From: an uncultured Candidatus Saccharibacteria bacterium
GTDB taxonomy: Bacteria > Patescibacteriota > Saccharimonadia > Saccharimonadales > UBA7683
DNA: 42,231 nucleotides
Assembly: GCA_964448015.1 (NCBI GenBank)
Contig: CAYUUV010000003.1
Span: 1 to 42,231, forward strand
Direction: 5' to 3'
Within the stretch, counting starts at the first letter, position 1. Each line of letters begins with the position of its first letter. Positions 35,240 through 42,231 of the stretch are shown here, piece after piece. The notes under the pieces are model-generated. The model was not told where the DNA came from. It did not search any database and was given only the letters and a program-made list of their open reading frames with translations. The translations under genes and the position numbers were made by a program.

Positions 35240-35827
35240 ATGAAAAATCTTCTCAAATTGTTCCCTTCACCAGCAGTAATTTTGTCATTTTTTGCACTAC
35301 CTCTGATTTTTGGCATCTATTATGTCGTGACACGCTACTCAGATAGCTTTATTACAAGCCAGGAAATCTCTTATTTTGATGTACAAAATAGCTACATCGG
35401 CACTCTGTTTGTTACCCAAGGCTGGCTCGAATGGTTTAATCGGTTTATGGACTTCGCTCTGTGGGGTATGCTTGCCGGCATTATTTTAATTATTGCGTGG
35501 CTGATTAGTTCTGCGCGCACGGCTCTGAAAAATCACGAAACCGAAACGACCTTTCGTAATTTCAGCGTTTCCAAAGAAACCTGGCACGGTCAATTCATAG
35601 CAGTTGCCGTTGTAAAAGTACTGTTAATTATAGTTATGTTCTTCTGTTTCTTCTCACTGCTCGGCCAAGCAATTCCGTTACTAGCCGCGAATATAGCAAC
35701 ATTATTACAAGGTGTCACACAGTCGGCAGTACTGGCTACAATATATTCAGTGTTACTGATTGTCTTCCTACAATTTTTATTTTTCACCTGCATAAAAGTT
35801 TTTAAACTGACCCGTGCTGACGATTAA
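35240..35827 (+). CDS. Four-TM membrane protein of unknown function
   Basis: The 195-aa ORF has four hydrophobic helices. Its upstream TGCTATAAA element resembles the promoters of the downstream paralog family. Confidence 0.65.
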   Translation: MKNLLKLFPSPAVILSFFALPLIFGIYYVVTRYSDSFITSQEISYFDVQNSYIGTLFVTQGWLEWFNRFMDFALWGMLAGIILIIAWLISSARTALKNHETETTFRNFSVSKETWHGQFIAVAVVKVLLIIVMFFCFFSLLGQAIPLLAANIATLLQGVTQSAVLATIYSVLLIVFLQFLFFTCIKVFKLTRADD

Positions 35828-35836
35828 AAATTGCTA

Positions 35837-35866
35837 TTGTATTTTCAACACTGCTTATGCTATAAC
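35837..35866 (+). promoter_or_regulatory. Candidate extended -10 promoter, paralog copy 1
   Basis: TTGTAT, an 18-nt spacer, then TGcTATAAC. It forms part of the conserved upstream block. Confidence 0.55.
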
Positions 35867-35904
35867 TGAGATATAGCTGAATAAAATAAAACAAGGAAGA
35901 TCAT

Positions 35905-37137
35905 ATGAAGAAGTCAGAAAAGGTTGAATCAAACAAAATTGACCTAAAAGAAGTAAATAAAACCAAAAGTAAGAAGACCTTGCAAATGCCACAGATTGCA
36001 AACCCTCTTAAAAAACAAAAAGGCCCCAAACGAGATGAAGAAGGCAAGTTTGCTTCAACAACTGGTGGCGGCGGGCTCTCGACCTTAAGGGGCTTTGATT
36101 TTAAACGAGCGCTTCCCCTCATTGCCGTTATCACACTTGTTGGTGGGTTCTTCGTGTATAGATCTTTTGCAGCGACACCAAATTATGGAGCTGCGGTAAC
36201 GGCATGGTACTCAAATTGTAAATACTCTCCATTGCCACAGACAACAAACTCGGGCTATATTTACTGGAAAAATAGACTTGCTGCCAATCCAAGCGATCAA
36301 GACGGGATCTATAAAGCCTTTGCGGCGGCATCTAAGGCTAATGGTAAGCCAAATTGCCCGGCTACTAATCCGTATCGTATAACCGTGCCAACGACGCCTC
36401 CAACTACTCCACCACCGACCAATAGCAAACCCCCAACAACCACTCCAAAAAACTACCTTGCGTCGGTTAATGAGAAAGTTACACATTCGCAAAGTATGGC
36501 TACGTCATCGAAAGCAGAAAGTGGCATAACTGATGCACTTTCCAAAAAACAAAATATCACTCAAGCCGAGGTTAATAATATTAATACTACCGGGAAGAAT
36601 ATCAAGCTACGAGTCGAGAGGATACGGACTTATAAAACCTTTGCACAGGACTACCGAAATAAGGCCAACTCAGATGCTAATACAAGAAGTCAGGTGTTGG
36701 GTATAGATACAGCCATTAACTTAATAGATAACGCCTTACGTGCAACAAATACTCACTATGAGAATGTTGTTAAACATCATGTGCGTGGTCAAGCTACGGT
36801 GGATAAGAGGAAGCAAGAAGTGGCAACGCCTGCTTTTATAACACCTACTAAGAGTTGTAAAGATGGTTTTTATGGACAGCCAGGCAAGGTATCAATCACA
36901 TACAAGATTCCAGGAACTGCAATCTCAAAAACTGGAAATATAAATGCAGTGACATGTAACAAGAATAAATATGGCCTCACGCCAAAGTGGGATGTTACTA
37001 AGGGGGACCGGGTTTGTAGCGGATTATACAAAGCGTATCGCGTAAATCAAACAATGACCGGTACCGGATATAAAGCAGCTCCTCCAAACGGCTGGGTATG
37101 TTATCGAGGTAATGCTAGCGATCTTAGTCATAGATAA
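35905..37137 (+). CDS. Surface-protein family member 1 (basic N-tail, TM anchor, Pro/Thr linker, Cys-containing C-terminal module)
   Basis: The N-terminal ~90 aa are highly similar to copy 2 (NKxDLKEVNK...KKQKGPKRDEEGKFA...TM...SFAAT). They are followed by a PTTPPTTPPPT linker and a C-terminal region containing Cys residues. Confidence 0.8.
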   Translation: MKKSEKVESNKIDLKEVNKTKSKKTLQMPQIANPLKKQKGPKRDEEGKFASTTGGGGLSTLRGFDFKRALPLIAVITLVGGFFVYRSFAATPNYGAAVTAWYSNCKYSPLPQTTNSGYIYWKNRLAANPSDQDGIYKAFAAASKANGKPNCPATNPYRITVPTTPPTTPPPTNSKPPTTTPKNYLASVNEKVTHSQSMATSSKAESGITDALSKKQNITQAEVNNINTTGKNIKLRVERIRTYKTFAQDYRNKANSDANTRSQVLGIDTAINLIDNALRATNTHYENVVKHHVRGQATVDKRKQEVATPAFITPTKSCKDGFYGQPGKVSITYKIPGTAISKTGNINAVTCNKNKYGLTPKWDVTKGDRVCSGLYKAYRVNQTMTGTGYKAAPPNGWVCYRGNASDLSHR

Positions 37138-37471
37138 CCCCAGATTTGCAGTCCGAGAGAGTGAAGTGAGCATGGTGAGTGGAGTAGGGAAGTCCTCCAA
37201 TAAAGACAGTAAGGAGTCCACAGATAGTGTACTCGAGGCTATCGATGCACTGGCCACGGCTTATCTGCCTATAGATCAAAACTAGATGAATTGCAGGTTA
37301 ATACTATGTTAATTAAGCGTAAGATTAATAACATCAATACTGACGTAGAAAGCCTTTAAGAGTAAAAGTACAACAGCGGAAGCAGTACACTGATTACTGA
37401 CCAACAAAGCTGAGAGCAGGTTACTAAAGAGGTAGGCGTTTGCTTAGCCACGTTGTGTTCAGTAAACTAAT

Positions 37472-37630
37472 AAATATCGCGGAGGGTGGCGATGTGAGTG
37501 CCTAGGGAATTGAGGTGGTCGGCGCAAAGTATGTGTAGACTGGAGTGATGCCTGAAGCGGAAGCGCATAGAAGTTTGTATTAACAGTTTCCAGTTTGAGT
37601 ACCAACAAGGGTGGCTATTACTTGGATCGA
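37472..37630 (-). pseudogene. Decayed relic of the murA 3' end (copy A)
   Basis: AAATATCGCGGAGGGTGGCGATGTGAGTGCCTAGGGAATTGAGGTGGTCGGCGCAAAG aligns with the real murA terminus at 40713 onward. It contains an in-frame stop. Confidence 0.6.
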
Positions 37631-37651
37631 TGTTTAAAAATTACTGTATTA

Positions 37652-37681
37652 TTGTATTCTCAACACTGCTTATGTTATAAC
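37652..37681 (+). promoter_or_regulatory. Candidate extended -10 promoter, paralog copy 2
   Basis: TTGTAT, an 18-nt spacer, then TGtTATAAC. Confidence 0.55.
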
Positions 37682-37722
37682 TGAAATATAGCTGAATAAA
37701 ATTAAAACAAGGAATATGTCAT

Positions 37723-39171
37723 ATGCATAGGTCGAACAAGGTTGAATCAAACAAAGTTGACCTCAAAGAAGTAAATAAACCCAAAAGCAAGAAGACCTTA
37801 CAAATGCCACAGCTTGCAAGTCCTCTTAAAAAACAAAAAGGTCCCAAGCGAGACGAAGAAGGTAAGTTTGCCGTAACAACAACTAGTAGCGGTTTAAAAA
37901 GTTTTAAAACCATTAATCTTAAGCGAGCCTTCACTCTCATCGCGGTCATTGCATTGGTCGGTGGATATTTCGTGTATCAGAGTTTTGCTGCAACTTCGAA
38001 TGTTGAGACTGCGAAGCAGTGGTATCAATCGTGCCAAGGCCTTGGTAAGCAAGCTGATTGGGACTATTGGGCGGGCCAAATTAGCTCACGAGGTCAAAGT
38101 GCGGCATGGGCAAACTTTAAAACAACCTATGAAAGAAATGCCCCTTCACGTAAGTGTCCTGCAAGTGACCCTGTGGCAGTTAGTGTTAACCCAAATCCAC
38201 CAGTCACCCCAACACCCAATCCCCCTACGCCACCGCCAGTTACGTCAGGTCCATTGAAGGATGCGCAGGCTTGTACAACTCTTGGTGCTGCTTACGTTGC
38301 CAATGCTAAAAAAGATAACGACACAACCAATAAAATTTCACTCAAAAGCACCGTAACCAGAGCCGAGCTCGATTCCATAGGTGCTAAAGAAAAACATTTT
38401 CGTGGGGCTTTGGGACAAATGCAAACCTGTAAAAGTACAGCCCAAGGCTTATATAACAAGGCGATATCAAATACAGCCACCAAATCTCAAGGTCCAGCTA
38501 TTTTAGCTGAGGTTGATAAAATTCAAGGCCACATCAGTTCACTTGCTGGTTACGTTCAAAATATTGCTAATGACTACCAGCGTGCGAAGGTAGTCTATGA
38601 GAAAAAACAGCAAGTGGCAACACGGCAAGTGGGCGGTGGTAGTTATGAGACTAGAGCGGACCCACAGCCTACACCACCTAGGGGGGCAACCCATGAAGAA
38701 GTACTTGCATTTGCTCGGCAATACTGTTCAACAGCACCCGACTACCTTAAGAACCAACCCATTTCGGGTGGAGTAAGAATAGAGGTGAGAGATATTTACT
38801 ATACACCTGGTCACACCACCTGTAATAATAAGCTTTTACGAGTTCATGATGTAGTTTGCAACGAGGGGTGGCAGCGTAGCGGGAATTCATGCGTAAGAGA
38901 GGCTCGACAGCCAATTGATACACATCCAAGTTACTACAGTTTGCCATCATTGCCGTTAGGCAACAAGACGTGCGCGGGTCGCAAATTTAATGGACCAGGG
39001 GGCGGCGTGAGATGTATCCGAAATGTGCACGAAAGTCAAAAAGTATTTAGCCAGGGATCAAAAATATATACTACCCAGTATGAGAGTTGTACACGCAAAT
39101 GGGGAGGCTACAAAATCACCGATAAGGAGTGCAAATGGTTTACTGGTGAGTGGAGAAAAATTGGTCAGTAG
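37723..39171 (+). CDS. Surface-protein family member 2
   Basis: It shares the N-terminal tail and anchor with copy 1, followed by a PNPPVTPTPNPPTPPP linker. The C-terminal domain is Cys-rich. The DWDYWAGQISSRGQSAAWANF segment is reminiscent of DUF4214. Confidence 0.8.
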   Translation: MHRSNKVESNKVDLKEVNKPKSKKTLQMPQLASPLKKQKGPKRDEEGKFAVTTTSSGLKSFKTINLKRAFTLIAVIALVGGYFVYQSFAATSNVETAKQWYQSCQGLGKQADWDYWAGQISSRGQSAAWANFKTTYERNAPSRKCPASDPVAVSVNPNPPVTPTPNPPTPPPVTSGPLKDAQACTTLGAAYVANAKKDNDTTNKISLKSTVTRAELDSIGAKEKHFRGALGQMQTCKSTAQGLYNKAISNTATKSQGPAILAEVDKIQGHISSLAGYVQNIANDYQRAKVVYEKKQQVATRQVGGGSYETRADPQPTPPRGATHEEVLAFARQYCSTAPDYLKNQPISGGVRIEVRDIYYTPGHTTCNNKLLRVHDVVCNEGWQRSGNSCVREARQPIDTHPSYYSLPSLPLGNKTCAGRKFNGPGGGVRCIRNVHESQKVFSQGSKIYTTQYESCTRKWGGYKITDKECKWFTGEWRKIGQ

Positions 39172-39517
39172 CGGTGACGTCCTCGCGATCAATTCTCATG
39201 TATTCATCTTTAGGGTAGCCCAGCAACACATTTACCTACGTGCTCCGAGCTTCAGCATTTATAAAGCCTTGCCTCTTCGTAGTCACTAGGTTTAATATTT
39301 TTGTTCACAACTTCTTTATGCTCGCTTATTACGCTAACTTTGAGCATGAAAGCTACGTAGACTGCTGTATACGCATTATAGATGTGTCATGCACTAGCTT
39401 TTGGTACGGTGGTTATGGTTGCGGCGAATAGTCAATGCCTCGAGTTATTTTACGTACTTCGTATCCGTGAATGTGAAAGTAGGCAATCTTATCTCAGGAC
39501 GAGTTCGTGCTAACATT

Positions 39518-39678
39518 CTAGATATCGCGGAGGGTGGTGATATTGGCGCCTAGGGAATTGAGGCGGTCAGCACAGTCTTCGTAGCCTGAATTGATGCCTG
39601 GTGCGCGGAAATGTGTAGAGTTTTGTATTGACAGTTCCCAGTTTTGGTACTAACGAGTAGGTTTATTGACTAAGTAGA
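39518..39678 (-). pseudogene. Decayed relic of the murA 3' end (copy B)
   Basis: By hand count, the first ~70 nt differ from 40713-40782 at about 9 positions. An in-frame stop (CTA on the plus strand) is present and an internal deletion follows. Confidence 0.65.
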
Positions 39679-39700
39679 TGTTTAAAAAATTACTGTATTA

Positions 39701-39730
39701 TTGTATTCTCAACACTGCTTATGTTATAAC
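39701..39730 (+). promoter_or_regulatory. Candidate extended -10 promoter, paralog copy 3
   Basis: TTGTAT, an 18-nt spacer, then TGtTATAAC. The block is identical to copy 2 except for one extra A. Confidence 0.55.
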
Positions 39731-39769
39731 TGAAATATAGCTGAATAAAATTAAAACAAGGAATATCGT

Positions 39770-40687
39770 ATGAGCGAATCAAATAAAGTCGATCTCAAGG
39801 ATGTGAATAAAACAAAGCATACGTTTGATTTTGAAAAATTTAAAACAGTGTTTCGAAGACAAAAGGGCCAAAAGCGTAATGAGTTTGGGCAATTTGTATC
39901 TGGTGGCGGGGGCTCGGACCTACGTTCAAAAATTACAATGCGGGTCTCAGTATTGGTCATAGCGCTCGTAGCTATAACGGGTGGTCTCATGGTCATTCGA
40001 TCATATGCCGGGACAAGCCAACCACAGGCTTACTGGTACGATGAAGCCTCTTGCAATACAAAGTCAAAAGACTACACAAATTGTATACAAAATAGTACCG
40101 GAGCATTGGTATACAGAGCGTACGTATCATATTACGGCAAAGAACCAGCGGTGCAGCTCTTTAGTATTAACAAGCAGAAGTTACTGAATATAGGTAGTTC
40201 TGGCTCATATCCGCATAGTGGCAGACAGGGTTACCAAGAGACAATTATATGTGAATTAATATTGTCGCCTGAGTGTCGTGCTACGGCACAAGCCAGTCAA
40301 GCTACGGGCGGTGCTAATGCAAGGAAGTGGTTATCAGAGAGTGCCAAGGAGTCACTTGCTAAAAATTTATATAAGAATGCCCTGGGCCGTTCTCCGGTCA
40401 AGCGAGAGATTACAGCACTTGTGGCCGGTAAACAGTATAGTCACACAAAGATGGTTGCGAAATTTGCAAAGTATCCCGAGGTAGCAACTGTCATGAATGC
40501 GCGTTTTCTGACTTACCTTAAATCAAGTAAGAACCCATCAAATCCTCCAAAAGAAGTGGATGGTAAGTGCCCCAAAGATTACATTATAAGTCGTGGCGGT
40601 AATAATTCTTTGACAGTGACTTGGCGAAGGTATAGCTGGGACTCAAAGACTAACACGTGTACATACCGGGACGAGACTTCTCACTAG
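39770..40687 (+). CDS. Surface-protein family member 3 (more diverged)
   Basis: The N-terminus is SNKVDLKDVNKTK...RRQKGQKRNEFGQF...TM...SYAGT. An LYKNALGRSP segment is DUF4214-like. A short C-terminal module contains Cys residues. Confidence 0.8.
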   Translation: MSESNKVDLKDVNKTKHTFDFEKFKTVFRRQKGQKRNEFGQFVSGGGGSDLRSKITMRVSVLVIALVAITGGLMVIRSYAGTSQPQAYWYDEASCNTKSKDYTNCIQNSTGALVYRAYVSYYGKEPAVQLFSINKQKLLNIGSSGSYPHSGRQGYQETIICELILSPECRATAQASQATGGANARKWLSESAKESLAKNLYKNALGRSPVKREITALVAGKQYSHTKMVAKFAKYPEVATVMNARFLTYLKSSKNPSNPPKEVDGKCPKDYIISRGGNNSLTVTWRRYSWDSKTNTCTYRDETSH

Positions 40688-40712
40688 AGCCGGTGCGTAT
40701 GAGCGAGTCAGA

Positions 40713-42230
40713 TTAGATGTCGCGCAAGGTGGTTATATGGGCGCCGAGGGAATTGAGGCGGTCGGCAAAGTCTTCGTAGCCCCTGGAGATTGAGTAGATA
40801 TTTCTTAAAATACTGGTGCCCGGTGCAGCGAGCATGGTGATTAAAATAATCACAGCAGGCCTGAGGGCTGGTGGGCAGTTGATATCTGCTGGCTCAAGTT
40901 TACTTGGGCCGGTAATGTAAAGGCGATGCGGGTCTGCTAATCGAACATCGACACCTAGTTTTCTTAGTTCGGTGAGGTAGAGTGCTCTGTCTTCATAGCT
41001 CCAGTCATGAATTAGGGTGGTGCCACGGGCTCGTGCAACAATTGGTGCGAAGAAGGGGAGGTTATCCATATTAATACCCGGGTGGGTAAGGGCTAGAATT
41101 TTGTCTTCGGGCGCTCTCAGGTTATCAGATTCAATTGTTGTGATGTCTACGAGGTCGGTACGGCCATTTTCTGCTTTGTATGGTTTGCTAATTCTGAATT
41201 TGCAACCCATTTTTTCCAGGCGTAGCAGCTCAACGCGCAAGAATTCAATAGGACACCTCTGGACAGTAATGCGAGAATTGGTGGTAATAGCAGCAGAAAT
41301 AAAGCTGAAGGCTTCAATCGGGTCTTCACTTGGTGCGTAGGTGATATTTTTATCAACATCTTTCACACCGTGCACAGTGAGCGTGTTAGTGCCGATGCCT
41401 TCGATTTTTGCTCCAAGCTTTTCTAAGAAGAAGCACATATCTTGCGCCATATAATTACTGCTGATATTACGGATGATCGTGGTGCCTTCGGTCATGGCTG
41501 CAGCCATAAGCACATTTTCGCTAACCGTTTCACCCATTTCGTACAGCGTTACTTCTTTCGGTGATTTTTTCCGAACCGTTACGTGGTAGTAGTTATTTTT
41601 GGTTTCTACAGAGAGGCCAAATTCCTCAAGAGCGTAAAGGTGTGGTGCCACAGTACGCTTGCCTAATTTGCAGCCACCAGCGTACGGCAGGCGAAATTCT
41701 TTATAGCGGTGCATTAATGGCCCCAGGTACATAATAATGCTTCGGGTTCGGCGGGCCGCTTTGGCATCTATAGCTTCAAGTTTTAAGACTTTCGGTGGTT
41801 TAATTTCAACATCGCCGCCATCCAGCCAGGTCACCTTAACGCCAATGCTTTGCAGCACTTCTATCAGCCGAAACACCTCTTCAATTTTGGGAACTTTCTT
41901 CAGTGTTGTGGTACCACGGTTGAGTAGTGCCGCGCAGAGTAGGCCAACAGTCGCATTCTTACTAACCTTTGTATCAATTGAACCACGGAGCTTGTGGCCA
42001 CCTTCTACCCGCAGATTTACGGAGTTGCCCCCAAGGCTGATGATTTCTTTATTCAAAACGTCGCTAATGCGCGCCAGCATTTCCAGGGTAACGTTTTGCT
42101 TACCCGCTTCAATGCGGTTGATAGCACTTTGTGAAGTTTTGAGTTTGTCGGCAAGTTCTTTTTGTGTAAGGCCCCGTTGGTTACGAATGCGGGCAATTAA
42201 CTCGCCAATTTTTTGTTGGTACTCAATCAT
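40713..42230 (-). CDS. murA: XRE-type HTH domain fused to UDP-N-acetylglucosamine 1-carboxyvinyltransferase (MurA/EPT family)
   Basis: The N-terminal ~65 aa read RGLTQKELADKLKTSQSAINRIEAGKQNVTLEML, which is an XRE-type HTH. The rest aligns with MurA: KVSKNAT (Lys22 region), AGGCKLGKRTVAPH (catalytic Cys loop), THPGINMDNLP and ALRPAV. Confidence 0.9.
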   Translation of the reverse strand: MIEYQQKIGELIARIRNQRGLTQKELADKLKTSQSAINRIEAGKQNVTLEMLARISDVLNKEIISLGGNSVNLRVEGGHKLRGSIDTKVSKNATVGLLCAALLNRGTTTLKKVPKIEEVFRLIEVLQSIGVKVTWLDGGDVEIKPPKVLKLEAIDAKAARRTRSIIMYLGPLMHRYKEFRLPYAGGCKLGKRTVAPHLYALEEFGLSVETKNNYYHVTVRKKSPKEVTLYEMGETVSENVLMAAAMTEGTTIIRNISSNYMAQDMCFFLEKLGAKIEGIGTNTLTVHGVKDVDKNITYAPSEDPIEAFSFISAAITTNSRITVQRCPIEFLRVELLRLEKMGCKFRISKPYKAENGRTDLVDITTIESDNLRAPEDKILALTHPGINMDNLPFFAPIVARARGTTLIHDWSYEDRALYLTELRKLGVDVRLADPHRLYITGPSKLEPADINCPPALRPAVIILITMLAAPGTSILRNIYSISRGYEDFADRLNSLGAHITTLRDI

Positions 42231-42231
42231 T

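Noticed and set aside
35901-36134. Antisense ORFs of about 77-81 aa opposite the start of each paralog (also 37719-37949 and 39751-39996), which look conserved in all three copies.
   Set aside because: Their conservation simply mirrors the conserved sense-strand N-tail. They have no RBS and their composition (Leu/Ser/Phe-rich) is what the reverse frame of Lys/Glu codons produces.
1-42231. Alternative genetic code, with UGA read as a sense codon as in some CPR lineages.
   Set aside because: TGA terminates several genes exactly where the homologues end or where the next gene starts. Examples are the nudix/membrane and membrane/recX ATGA overlaps, and the pilM, pilN and tsaE stops. No conserved protein is interrupted by an in-frame TGA.

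Overview
This is a densely coded chromosomal segment read with the standard genetic code. Many gene junctions show ATGA or TAATG start/stop overlaps. The gene content suggests a small-genome monoderm-type bacterium of the CPR/Patescibacteria kind, possibly Saccharibacteria; this is an inference, not a database result. That content is a secretin-less type IV pilus locus, a sortase, RNase Y, a mini-TsaB and many orphan surface proteins.

Gene order:
- A YecM-like ORF, ruvB, a bPH membrane protein and an orphan pilin on the minus strand.
- A recA-nudix-membrane-recX block and a PRC-barrel gene.
- A 10-kb type IV pilus locus: pilB, pilC, pilA, three large minor pilins, pilM, pilN, pilO and a small membrane protein.
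- tsaE and a short tsaB.
- A surface-protein cluster: an S8 protease, a beta-helix-like protein, a Pro-rich membrane protein and a 100-aa secreted protein.
- rny, an anchored beta-sandwich protein, and an ABC1/UbiB kinase flanked by two micro-membrane ORFs.
- A 2-kb orphan islet next to tRNA-Pro, holding a PD-(D/E)xK CdiA-CT-like nuclease and a 310-aa unknown.
- A small RK-signal protein followed by tatA and tatC.
- A membrane protein plus a membrane-anchored double-AAA+ Hsp100-like ATPase.
- A repeat-rich RNA region holding tRNA-Arg(UCU) and tRNA-Gly(UCC).
- A sortase and a 4-TM protein.
- Three tandem paralogous surface-protein genes.
- A convergent XRE-HTH::MurA fusion gene.

Most notable observations:
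1. The three-gene tandem family has a sharply bounded, almost identical ~90-nt promoter/5'UTR block and a long basic N-terminal anchor. Its ectodomains are diverged. Decayed copies of the murA 3' end sit between the copies.
2. Three clustered surface proteins share a non-LPXTG C-terminal signal, [TA]-P-[NQ]-S-G followed by a TM helix and a basic tail. A sortase is encoded in the same window.
3. A ~207-nt element with nested inverted repeats lies between the Hsp100-like gene and a plus-strand terminator. A related palindromic motif occurs elsewhere in the window.
4. Several heptamer tandem arrays are present. One of them builds a perfectly phased -35/-10 promoter for tRNA-Arg.

No CRISPR array, integrase, transposase or rRNA was seen.
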